DNA from: a virus
Lineage: Duplodnaviria; Caudoviricetes
DNA length: 64,000 nt
IMG/VR virus record: IMGVR_UViG_3300014204_000014
Location: 1-64,000 of that record
Direction: 5' to 3' (one strand)
The notes under the pieces were generated by a model, which saw only the letters and a list, made by a program, of their open reading frames with translations, made no database searches and was not told the DNA's origin. Of this stretch, positions 55,741-64,000 are shown piece after piece; within the stretch, counting starts at the first letter, position 1, and each line of letters begins with the position of its first letter. A program made the translations under genes and the position numbers.

Positions 55741-57003
55741 ATGCCAGAACCAACTATTGACTTGCGTGGATTTTCTCAAGGAGTAAATGATAAGTTTAGA
55801 ATACTTGTCAAGGATCGCCATCCATTGCAAGTCATAGTTGGCGGAGCCAATAGTTCAAAAAGTTATTCATATGCCCAAAAGGTAATTTATCATTGCATTA
55901 GGGAAAAGTATTATAGGTGTTTAGCTACGAGAAAAGTTAAAAAAGATGTCAAGCATTCAGTTTATGATCAATTACGAGAAGTATTATTCAGATATAAGTT
56001 AGAAAATTATTTTACTCCTAACAGATCAGAAAGTAATTTAACTTGCAAGATAAATGGAAATGATATTTTAGGCGTAGGATTGGATGATGTAAACAAATTA
56101 AAGTCATTTACTAATCCTACTATGTTTTGGGCAGAAGAAGCAGATCAAATGACTCCTAATGATATTGAGCAATTGTCTTTAAGGTTACGCGGCCCTGATT
56201 ATTGCTTTTTCCAAGGAGGCTTAACACTCAACCCAATAAATGCTCAGCACTGGATTAAATTAAAGTATTTTGACCATACTGATGAAAATGTTTTAACCCA
56301 TCATTCTACATATAAGGATAATAAATTCCTTCCTGAGAAAATTGTTAAGCGTATGCAAAACATTACTGATCCTTATTATGTGAAGGTATATGTTAATGGA
56401 GAATGGGGAATATTTTCTAATGGAGTATTCAGCAATTATGTTATTGAAGATTTCCCTTATACAGAAAACGATTTAGAAAATGTTTGCTATGGTATGGACT
56501 TTGGATTTACGCACGCTCAGGCTATTGAATGCGCAGGATTTAAAGATGGTGAAATATATGTATTTGATGAATTATGGGAAAAAGGTAGAACAAATCCACA
56601 ATTTATTTCTGATGCTGAAGAATACTTTGGCGATAATTTATCTAATATGTGCATGACGGCTGATTCTGCCGATCCTGATAAAATAGCAGAATGGAATCAA
56701 AAAGGTTATCATGTTGAAGCGGCTAAAAAAGGTTCAGGATCATTACGATTTGGCATTGAATATCTTATAGATAAAAAGATCCATATACATGAAAGTAAAT
56801 GTTCAAATTTAGCTAGGGAAATTCAGCAGTTTAAGCGTAGGGAAGACAAGGAAGGAAATGTTACTGAGGATTTTGTAGAAATAAATGATGATGGAATTGC
56901 CGCGCTTAGATATGCTACGGAATATATATGGTCAAATCTTGAAGGGACTAAATATTATGATAGCAATGATTCTGAATGGACGGCGGACGATTTAGGACTA
57001 TAA
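55741..57003 (+). CDS. Terminase large subunit, PBSX family
   Basis: GGANSSKS, AEEA, TLNP, GMDFG, DSADP, NDDGIAALRY. Confidence 0.92.
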   Translation: MPEPTIDLRGFSQGVNDKFRILVKDRHPLQVIVGGANSSKSYSYAQKVIYHCIREKYYRCLATRKVKKDVKHSVYDQLREVLFRYKLENYFTPNRSESNLTCKINGNDILGVGLDDVNKLKSFTNPTMFWAEEADQMTPNDIEQLSLRLRGPDYCFFQGGLTLNPINAQHWIKLKYFDHTDENVLTHHSTYKDNKFLPEKIVKRMQNITDPYYVKVYVNGEWGIFSNGVFSNYVIEDFPYTENDLENVCYGMDFGFTHAQAIECAGFKDGEIYVFDELWEKGRTNPQFISDAEEYFGDNLSNMCMTADSADPDKIAEWNQKGYHVEAAKKGSGSLRFGIEYLIDKKIHIHESKCSNLAREIQQFKRREDKEGNVTEDFVEINDDGIAALRYATEYIWSNLEGTKYYDSNDSEWTADDLGL

Positions 57004-57021
57004 ACAAAAGGAGAAAAACAA

Positions 57022-57240
57022 ATGGGTGGACCAGGAAGCGGAAGGAAGAAGGGAAGTGGTGGGAAAGTTAAATATACTAAAAAAAGATTACTAAGTAAAA
57101 AGCAAGCAGATGAGATTCGTACCTTAGCAGGATCAACAGCTCCTAAAAGTGTGTATAATGCTCGATTAAATTCTATGATAAAGGGCAATCGAAAGCGCGG
57201 AGGCTTTCCTGGTTCAGCTATTAAGGGCAAAAAAGCTTGA
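57022..57240 (+). CDS. Small basic MGGPGSGR-family protein 1
   Basis: AAGGAG RBS; K/R-rich. Confidence 0.75.
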   Translation: MGGPGSGRKKGSGGKVKYTKKRLLSKKQADEIRTLAGSTAPKSVYNARLNSMIKGNRKRGGFPGSAIKGKKA

Positions 57241-57259
57241 CAAGAATAAGGAGACTAAA

Positions 57260-57472
57260 ATGGGATTAAGCAGAGTAGATTGTGTACATATCCATCATCC
57301 AAATTGCCCATATTATTTGGATGGTAGATTTTGTCCTAATCCATGTGAAGGATTTGTCCAGAAAGAGCCATCTGTGATAAATGTGTCCATAACTCATGAT
57401 GTTATTATTGACGAACCAGAATCACAGATTACTTCTTTTGGTAGTACTATTCATAAGAAGAAAAAGGTATAA
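57260..57472 (+). CDS. Small Cys/His-rich hypothetical protein
   Basis: ORF track; AAGGAG RBS. Confidence 0.5.
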   Translation: MGLSRVDCVHIHHPNCPYYLDGRFCPNPCEGFVQKEPSVINVSITHDVIIDEPESQITSFGSTIHKKKKV

Positions 57473-57478
57473 AATAAA

Positions 57479-58993
57479 ATGGGTTTAACATTACAAAGAA
57501 CTACAAAAACTATTTTATCTTCAGAGGATATATTAAAATACATATCTGACTATGAAGTAAAAGTAGTTCCCGAATTAGACAAATTATGGGAATACTATAA
57601 AGGTAAAAATGTAAAGATCACTAAGCGTAAAATGATTGATCCTAATAATCCTGATAATAGAATTATAGTTAGCTATGCAAGAAAAATAGTTAATACTTGG
57701 ACTGGATATGGCGCTCGTCCTCATTACATAACATATAAGGCTAATATAAAAGAAGTTGATAAGCCTAAAGAAAATGCTGAGGAAATAAAGGTAGTTGAAA
57801 ATCCTTTAGAGAAGCAATACCTAGATGAATTATCAGTAATATTCAGGACAAATAATGAGCCAATAAAAACAAATCGCGCGTGGAGAAATATAGCTATATT
57901 CGGTGCTTCTTATGAATTGACTTATATTGATTTTGTTAATACTCCTATGGATAAAGAGCTTCCAATAAAATCCATGCCTAAGTTTTTTACAGTTGATCCT
58001 AGGGAAATGATTTTATTATATGATTATTCTCCAGAGCCAAAAATAGTTTGTGGTATACGTTATTATAAAATGGATTCTGATTCTAAGTATAAAGTTGAAG
58101 TTTATTATTCAGATCATATTGATACTTATATTAGGGAACGTAAGGAAGAAAATAGTACAGTATGGGTATTGACTGTAGAGCAGTTAGGAATAACTAATTA
58201 TTTTAATACAGTTCCTATTGTAGCTTTTTATAATGGTGACGAAATGCAAAGTATATTTGAAAATATATTAAGTTTGATTGATGCTTTTGATACCTTGTAT
58301 AGCGATTCCATGAATGAATTTGATAGATTTGCTTTTGCTTATTTAGTTATGAAGAAGTTTGGCCTAACTAATCCTACAGATAAAAAAGATCCCACTAAGT
58401 CAAATGAAAATCTAAAGAATATAAAGCGCCGGAGGGTATTTGAGCATTTGGATAAGGATGCTGAGATTTCATTCTTAACAAAAGATATTCCTACTCAATT
58501 TATTCAGTGGATGAATATAGCATTACGGGAGCAAATACATATTCAATCCCATGTGCCTGATTTTAGTGGTGATAAAATGGCAGGGGCTTCTGGTATAGCT
58601 ATACAAAGATTAATGTTTGATTTTGAAAACTTAGTATCTAGCGTTGAAGCAGATTTTGATATAGGGTTATATCACCGAATAACTTTAATAGCAGGAGTAT
58701 TAAAGAAGTTAAATCGGCCTAATGGAACTAATGATATGATTATAATAAGCCATAAAAGAAATGTTCCATTAAATACTCAGGAGTTTGCTCAAACAGCAAT
58801 GACTATGGCTACAGCTGGATTTAGTAGGCGAGCAATTGTAGGAGTTATGCCTGAGGATATTATTCCTGATATTGAAAAAGAATTAGAGGAGGAAAGAAAA
58901 GAACGCGAGGAGATGGTAGGACAATATAATTTAGAAGCTCCTATTGAAGATGAAGAAATATTAGAAGAAAATGTAGAGGAAGAAAATGTCTGA
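57479..58993 (+). CDS. Portal protein, SPP1 gp6 family
   Basis: LWEYYKG, YARKIVN, LIDAFD..SD..NE, ASGIA. Confidence 0.9.
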   Translation: MGLTLQRTTKTILSSEDILKYISDYEVKVVPELDKLWEYYKGKNVKITKRKMIDPNNPDNRIIVSYARKIVNTWTGYGARPHYITYKANIKEVDKPKENAEEIKVVENPLEKQYLDELSVIFRTNNEPIKTNRAWRNIAIFGASYELTYIDFVNTPMDKELPIKSMPKFFTVDPREMILLYDYSPEPKIVCGIRYYKMDSDSKYKVEVYYSDHIDTYIRERKEENSTVWVLTVEQLGITNYFNTVPIVAFYNGDEMQSIFENILSLIDAFDTLYSDSMNEFDRFAFAYLVMKKFGLTNPTDKKDPTKSNENLKNIKRRRVFEHLDKDAEISFLTKDIPTQFIQWMNIALREQIHIQSHVPDFSGDKMAGASGIAIQRLMFDFENLVSSVEADFDIGLYHRITLIAGVLKKLNRPNGTNDMIIISHKRNVPLNTQEFAQTAMTMATAGFSRRAIVGVMPEDIIPDIEKELEEERKEREEMVGQYNLEAPIEDEEILEENVEEENV

Positions 58994-59213
58994 AACATAT
59001 TGGAATTATAGAATAGTAATAGATAAAAATGGTATGTATTCAATAAGAGAAGTTTATTATAATGAAGATAATTCTATTTATATGTGTAGTGAAGAGCCAG
59101 AAGGAGTTAGTGGAGAATCATTAGAAGATTTAAAATTATGCTTTGAGCATATGAAATTAGCTTTTGGTAAACCTTGTCTGATAGAAGAAAATATAGTTTA
59201 TAAGGATAGATGA
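58986..59213 (+). CDS. Conserved phage hypothetical protein
   Basis: WNYRIV..YSIREVYY pattern. Confidence 0.55.
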   Translation: MSETYWNYRIVIDKNGMYSIREVYYNEDNSIYMCSEEPEGVSGESLEDLKLCFEHMKLAFGKPCLIEENIVYKDR

Positions 59214-60178
59214 TGGACATAAAAAAGTTAGAGCATTCTGCTTACACATTCTTGGCTAATAGGGAAAATATTTATTCTCGACAAATCCAGCAGGAATTGG
59301 CTAATGCTCTAACTTCTATCTATGGTGAAATGAAAAAGATTTATAATAAGTTTGCAGTAAATGGTGTATTAACAAAATCAGAAATGACAAAATATAATAA
59401 GTATTCTACGATGGAAAAAGACATTTTACGAAAGCTCGATCCTGCAATAAAGGCTAATATAAAAAGTATAAAGCATTTATTACCTGAGCAATTTAATGAA
59501 AGCTTTTTCCATTATGCTTGGGCAATAGATAATGCTACAGGATTAAGGCTATCCTGGGGAATGGTTAATACAAAATCATTATTACAAATCTTTGATATTA
59601 CCAATCCTAAAAACCTAGAATTGAAAGAAGCATTAAGCAATTATGGCCCAACTGCAAAGAAAAGAATTCGTTCAGCTTTATTATCAGGATTAAGTCAAGG
59701 TAAAAGTTATGACCAAATGGCTAGAGATTTAAAAAAGGTTATGAATAAGATTTATAGCTCTGCAATAACTATTGTAAGGACTGAAGGGCAATCAGCTATA
59801 AATGCTGGCCAGTCTTTAGCGTATGCTCGCGCGCAGGAAAATGGTGTTAAGGGAAATGAAATGTGGGATTCTACAAGGGATCAAAAAACTCGTTACGATC
59901 ATAGACATGCTGATGGAAAGTTTAGAAATGAAAATGGTAAATTTTGGGTAGGAGGAGAGGAGGCAGATTATCCAGGTGATCCAAATTTATCAGCGGAGAA
60001 TAGAATAAATTGCCGCTGTTCTACACATTTTGAAATAGAAGGATATTCACCAGAGTTAATGCGAACTAGAGAAGAAGGGATTCTGCCTAGAATGAGCTAT
60101 GATGCTTATGCAGAGCAATATCATCCTGAATGGGTAGAGCAAGAAAAGAAATTTTTAGCTAGAAAAAATAAGGAGTAA
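59210..60178 (+). CDS. Minor head protein (SPP1 gp7 / MuF-like)
   Basis: IVRTE, WDSTRDQKTRYDH, NCRC. Confidence 0.85.
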   Translation: MMDIKKLEHSAYTFLANRENIYSRQIQQELANALTSIYGEMKKIYNKFAVNGVLTKSEMTKYNKYSTMEKDILRKLDPAIKANIKSIKHLLPEQFNESFFHYAWAIDNATGLRLSWGMVNTKSLLQIFDITNPKNLELKEALSNYGPTAKKRIRSALLSGLSQGKSYDQMARDLKKVMNKIYSSAITIVRTEGQSAINAGQSLAYARAQENGVKGNEMWDSTRDQKTRYDHRHADGKFRNENGKFWVGGEEADYPGDPNLSAENRINCRCSTHFEIEGYSPELMRTREEGILPRMSYDAYAEQYHPEWVEQEKKFLARKNKE

Positions 60179-60181
60179 AGT

Positions 60182-60418
60182 ATGGGTGGACCAGGAAGTG
60201 GAAGGAAGCGAGGATCAGGAAGTACAAGATCATCTACTAGAAGTGGTGAAACTAAATTTGGTATGAAGGTACATAAATATAAAACAAAGGCTAGTGCTGA
60301 GCAAGCTATGGGCCAGAGTAGAAAAGCTAGAGAAAAAAGATATGCTGAATATAAAAAAAGAATGGCAAAGGAGACTGCAAAAATTATTAATAGGCCAAGA
60401 AAAGGAAAAGTAATTTAA
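60182..60418 (+). CDS. Small basic MGGPGSGR-family protein 2
   Basis: AAGGAG RBS; K/R-rich. Confidence 0.75.
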   Translation: MGGPGSGRKRGSGSTRSSTRSGETKFGMKVHKYKTKASAEQAMGQSRKAREKRYAEYKKRMAKETAKIINRPRKGKVI

Positions 60419-60431
60419 ATAAGGATTTATA

Positions 60432-60728
60432 ATGGACTTTAAAATCCCTAAACAGCTTTATCTCGGAGCGCAAAAAATAGTTATAGAAAATGTAGATCGA
60501 ATAACTGATGGGGAAAAGGATTTTATAGGATTTGCATTTTATACAGAAGGCAAGATTGAAATAAAAAAAGATAAAAGCTGTTCTAAGGATTATAAAGATT
60601 ACTTATTTTTCCATGAGTTAGTTCATCATATTCTTTATCAGATTCAGGAAGAAAAATTAAGCCAAGATGAAAAGTTTATAAGTAGGTTTGCTATATTATT
60701 GCATCAAGCAATTATTACTATGAAATAA
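60432..60728 (+). CDS. Small HExxH metallopeptidase-like protein
   Basis: FFHELVHHIL. Confidence 0.6.
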   Translation: MDFKIPKQLYLGAQKIVIENVDRITDGEKDFIGFAFYTEGKIEIKKDKSCSKDYKDYLFFHELVHHILYQIQEEKLSQDEKFISRFAILLHQAIITMK

Positions 60729-60739
60729 AGGAGAATAAA

Positions 60740-61003
60740 ATGGGTGGACCAGGAAGCGGTAGACGAAAAGGTGGTGGGAGAGGTAAGATAAGTATTAAGA
60801 ATCCGGTTACAGGTAAAAAAGAAAGAGCTGGTATAGCAAGTTCAAAGGCTATGCTTGCAAACAAAAGAATAAGTAATGCAAATAAAAATTTAGGTGGTCG
60901 TAGTCTTAAAGGGCAAAGTCATTCCGCAAAAACATTACGTAAGTCAACAAAAACATATATGAATGCAAGTGGGCAACAAATTTCCCGAGGTTATTCTAGA
61001 TAA
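60740..61003 (+). CDS. Small basic MGGPGSGR-family protein 3
   Basis: AAGGAG RBS; K/R/S-rich. Confidence 0.75.
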   Translation: MGGPGSGRRKGGGRGKISIKNPVTGKKERAGIASSKAMLANKRISNANKNLGGRSLKGQSHSAKTLRKSTKTYMNASGQQISRGYSR

Positions 61004-61018
61004 AATAAGGATTATGAA

Positions 61019-61621
61019 ATGACTATAAAAGAATTATTAGATTTAACAATTCATGGAAATTGGATAACTTCAGGAAATGATGTCCAATACAAAATAGATA
61101 AAATTGATGATACTTTGTATATTGCTTTCCAATGGACCGTATCAAAAACTGATTGGAGGCAGAATTTTAAGTTTGTAATAAAGCCCTATCGCAATATGAA
61201 AGATTTATGGTTTGTGCATAAGGGCTTTATAGAGAATTATAAATCAGTCAGAGATGAAATATATGATAAAATAAAGTATTATGATTTTAATAGAATAGTT
61301 ATTTTGGGTTATTCACATGGAGCGGCATTAGCAACTTTATGTTATGAGGATTTGTATTATAATAATTTAGGCTGGAACATTACTGCTTATGTTTTTGGAA
61401 GCCCTAGAGTAGTTTGGTTTCCTAGTAAAAAGATTCGCTATAGATTTCATAATTTATTTAATCATTTAGTAAGAGGCGATATTGTTACGAGGGTTCCATT
61501 TAATCTTTTAGGATATTTTCACGTTGGAAATAAAATTAGATTAGGGTCATTTAAGCTGTTTGGATGGGTCAAGTACCATATGATAGAAACATACTATAAT
61601 TTACTATCAGCGCGTGGATAA
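61019..61621 (+). CDS. Lipase class 3 family alpha/beta hydrolase
   Basis: VHKGF, GYSHGAALA (GxSxG), FGSPRV, DIVTRVP, FHVG. Confidence 0.85.
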   Translation: MTIKELLDLTIHGNWITSGNDVQYKIDKIDDTLYIAFQWTVSKTDWRQNFKFVIKPYRNMKDLWFVHKGFIENYKSVRDEIYDKIKYYDFNRIVILGYSHGAALATLCYEDLYYNNLGWNITAYVFGSPRVVWFPSKKIRYRFHNLFNHLVRGDIVTRVPFNLLGYFHVGNKIRLGSFKLFGWVKYHMIETYYNLLSARG

Positions 61622-61670
61622 GGGTTTTATACGAAAACAGGGCTGGATATATGAAATTTCGTAGATTTTT
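61622..61670 (-). repeat. Dispersed ~50-bp intergenic element, copy 3 (inverted)
   Basis: Its reverse complement aligns with 2561-2610. Confidence 0.55.
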
Positions 61671-61832
61671 ATCAGTATAGAGGAGATTTTTAGGTGAGTA
61701 TCGAAGCAGATTGTAAAAAGCTAGAAAGAATTATTTTAGAGCAAAATAAAGCTTATGCTAGACTGCTTCCTGCTAGATGGCCAATTATATTTGAAAGATT
61801 AGATATTGATGATATAAAAAAGGAGGAGATAA

Positions 61833-62153
61833 GTGCCGCTAACCAAAAAAGGTAAAAAGGTAAAGAAAGAATTTGAAAAGGAATATGGTAAAAAAGGTGA
61901 ACAAGTATTTTATGCTACTGAGAATAAACGTAAAATGAAAGGCTTAGTCAAGAAAGGAAAAAAAGAAATGAATGAGTTAGACATGGAATTAAATATGCCT
62001 AACACGATTGGTTCTATGTTTTATGTATTGTTTGATGATGAAACGTGGACATGGGATGGATTGGCTAAGATTTTAGTTGAAAGATTTTCGCAGGAAGATA
62101 TTGAGGGATTGATAAATTGCTTAAAAATGGAAGTAGAAGAAAATGGAATCTAA
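61833..62153 (+). CDS. Hypothetical protein with a basic MPLTKKG N-terminal module
   Basis: GTG start with an AGGAG RBS. Confidence 0.55.
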   Translation: MPLTKKGKKVKKEFEKEYGKKGEQVFYATENKRKMKGLVKKGKKEMNELDMELNMPNTIGSMFYVLFDDETWTWDGLAKILVERFSQEDIEGLINCLKMEVEENGI

Positions 62154-62355
62154 ATTATTAAAGTTATTAGAAGCATTATCACAGCAAGAAATAAAAAACG
62201 ATTTATTGGATAAGCAGATTAAGGAAACGATTGACAAGAAATTAGAATATATAAACATAGAAGCAAGTTTAATGAATCAGCAGGAAGAATTAAAAAAGGA
62301 ATTACATTGGTCATACGATAAGTTATCTGAGTATTTAAGGAAGGGAATAAAATGA
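62143..62355 (+). CDS. Hypothetical coiled-coil protein
   Basis: ORF track. Confidence 0.5.
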   Translation: MESKLLKLLEALSQQEIKNDLLDKQIKETIDKKLEYINIEASLMNQQEELKKELHWSYDKLSEYLRKGIK

Positions 62356-62534
62356 CTAGTACCACAGGAACAAGCATAGAGCAGTATTTGGAATGGGCAA
62401 GGAAGGAGATAGAAAAAAAGAATTATGGGGAAGTAAGTATTAATTTTATTATAAATAATGGATTTGTAGTTGATGTTAAAAAGATTTCTATGGATCATGA
62501 GCATTATCAATTAAAGAAAAAGGAGTAAAATAAA

Positions 62535-62744
62535 TTGCAAGAAGGCTGGCTATGCCCTAAATGTGGAAAGGTAAATTCACCTTATATTTCTCAATGTCCT
62601 TGTACTATAAATAATCCTATTGTTTATCCTAGTTTTCCTATATACCCAACTTATCCTACTTGTCCACAGATTAGATATCCTCCTTATATTGTTACTTGTA
62701 CTTGTCATGATCGAGAGGAACTGGTGAAATGCGTGGCTAAATAA
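62535..62744 (+). CDS. Small Pro/Cys-rich hypothetical protein
   Basis: GWLCPKCGKVNSP phage motif. Confidence 0.55.
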   Translation: MQEGWLCPKCGKVNSPYISQCPCTINNPIVYPSFPIYPTYPTCPQIRYPPYIVTCTCHDREELVKCVAK

Positions 62745-62750
62745 AAGTTT

Positions 62751-62781
62751 ACTTTATTTTTTTTAAGATTTATTATATAAT
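62751..62781 (+). promoter_or_regulatory. Class-2 promoter motif (capsid genes)
   Basis: ACTTTAT-N18-TATAAT. Confidence 0.65.
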
Positions 62782-62882
62782 ATATAGTATAAGCATTTAG
62801 TTCCGAACAGTAATCTGTAGGCAACTAGAATCCGAAAGGATTTTATAGTTGCCTTTTTTATTTGTATAAAAAGGAGAATAAA

Positions 62883-63125
62883 ATGGGTGGACCAGGAAGC
62901 GGAAGAAAGAAAGGTGGTGGGAAAAGCAATTCAAAAAAATTAGGGATGATGAAAGAGAAATTTTATATTCCTAAAAAAGCAGTCACTAAAATTGGATTAG
63001 CTAGGGGATCTAAAAATAGTAAAATTTCCGCAAAAGTTTCAACTTCAAGGAAGTTAGGTGGAAAATCTTTTAAATCAAGTAAGATGGGCAAAGAATATAA
63101 ATCAGATAGTAAGTTTAGAGTGTAA
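62883..63125 (+). CDS. Small basic MGGPGSGR-family protein 4
   Basis: ATG at 62883 with an AAGGAG RBS; first gene after the class-2 promoter. Confidence 0.75.
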   Translation: MGGPGSGRKKGGGKSNSKKLGMMKEKFYIPKKAVTKIGLARGSKNSKISAKVSTSRKLGGKSFKSSKMGKEYKSDSKFRV

Positions 63126-63138
63126 GGGAGAAAATTAA

Positions 63139-63414
63139 ATGGGAGCATTACGGCAACGGAAATTGGATGCTCGGGCTAGAAGGCAGGAATCATTAAGAAA
63201 CCAAGGAATGATTACTGCTGAAAAAACCATTATCCAAGCGCCTCAGCCAAAAGCATTAAAAAAGGAAGAAGTAATTAAGGTAAATAAAGTAGTTAAAAAT
63301 AATGTAAAAGTACCTGAGAAGCGTGGCCCTGGCCGCCCGCCTAAATCAGTTGCTTCCAAAAACTTGAAGGGAATTAAAAAGACTTCAAAGGGCAAGGAGA
63401 AAAAGTATGCGTGA
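63139..63414 (+). CDS. Basic protein with an AT-hook
   Basis: KRGPGRPPK. Confidence 0.6.
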   Translation: MGALRQRKLDARARRQESLRNQGMITAEKTIIQAPQPKALKKEEVIKVNKVVKNNVKVPEKRGPGRPPKSVASKNLKGIKKTSKGKEKKYA

Positions 63415-64000
63415 TGTATCAAAAGTTAATCTTCAGTGGTTTGGTAAGGACGATGAAGGGATTACTCTTGAACAGGTGAAAGCATTTATTGAAGCTAATA
63501 AGGAAAATCCTGACGTTGCTGAGTTTGTAGTTTCTGTTAGCGTAGATAAACCATTAAATCCTGAATTGGTATCTGCATATTTGCAGACAACTGAAGGTAA
63601 AAATCTAATTCAGCCCATGATGGATCAGCGCGTAACAGACGCTATTAAAACTCATGATGAAAAGGCCAAGCCTAAGATTGATGCGGCAATAAAATCTGGC
63701 ATTGCGGCAGAGATGTTAAGGCTTAATCCTCAGGAGACTCCTGAACAGCGGCAAGTTCGAGAGCTAATGCAGAAACAAAAAGAAATGGAAGATGCTTGGG
63801 AAAATGATAAGCGGAATTCAAAGATTAAAGAGCTTGCTTTTAAGGAAGGGCTTGATCCTACATTTATTGAAGGCATTCCTTTCCCATCAGTTGAAGAGGC
63901 TACTTTATATATGCAGAGATATAAAGATCATTTTGGAAAATCGCTTGAGAAGGAATTAAATGAAAGATTAGCGACAAGTTCGTACAAGCCAAATAAGGGC
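63407..64000 (+). CDS. Capsid scaffolding protein (DUF4355-like), 3'-truncated, not in the ORF track
   Basis: MRDVSKVNLQWFG..DQRVTDAIKT..PQETPEQRQVREL; open to the window end; AAGGAG RBS. Confidence 0.75.
   Translation, partial: MRDVSKVNLQWFGKDDEGITLEQVKAFIEANKENPDVAEFVVSVSVDKPLNPELVSAYLQTTEGKNLIQPMMDQRVTDAIKTHDEKAKPKIDAAIKSGIAAEMLRLNPQETPEQRQVRELMQKQKEMEDAWENDKRNSKIKELAFKEGLDPTFIEGIPFPSVEEATLYMQRYKDHFGKSLEKELNERLATSSYKPNKG

Noticed and set aside
1-64000. Alternative genetic code or stop-codon recoding
   Set aside because: The long conserved genes are intact in the standard bacterial code, and no suppressor tRNA was seen.
1-64000. Integrase, repressor switch, inteins or introns
   Set aside because: No recombinase motif was seen, and PolA, DnaB, TerL and RecA have ordinary lengths with no intein signatures. 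Lifestyle cannot be settled from a partial genome.

Overview
This is a 64-kb slice of an AT-rich tailed dsDNA phage genome. No integrase, repressor pair, CRISPR array or reverse transcriptase was seen. All family calls come from recognising motifs by eye; no database search was run. Layout: (1) 1-2.45 kb (+): end of a lysis-type cassette, with a phosphoesterase, holin-like genes, a YkuD-motif putative wall hydrolase and two fully overlapping spanin-like ORFs. (2) 2.6-40.2 kb (-): early and replication arm, with RecA, gp32-like SSB, UvsY-like protein, DnaX, UDG-fused PolA, two beta-clamp paralogues, DnaB, primase, SNF2 helicase, RtcB, three methyltransferases, a sigma factor and tRNA-Ile. (3) 40.3-64 kb (+): a split SbcC/Rad50 with SbcD and an RNA ligase; a tRNA cluster; a carbohydrate ABC importer (binding protein plus two permeases, no ATPase in the window) followed by a CMP-nonulosonate synthetase and a Maf-type (DUF115) protein; a sigma factor; then terminase, portal, MuF-like and scaffold genes interleaved with four small basic MGGPGSGR proteins. 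The strongest candidate for an undescribed system is the apparent phage-encoded pathway for uptake, CMP-activation and transfer of a sialic-acid-like sugar (45.4-52.9 kb). Spanin-like genes and a binding protein without a lipobox suggest a diderm host. A spirochaete host is possible, but that is inference only.
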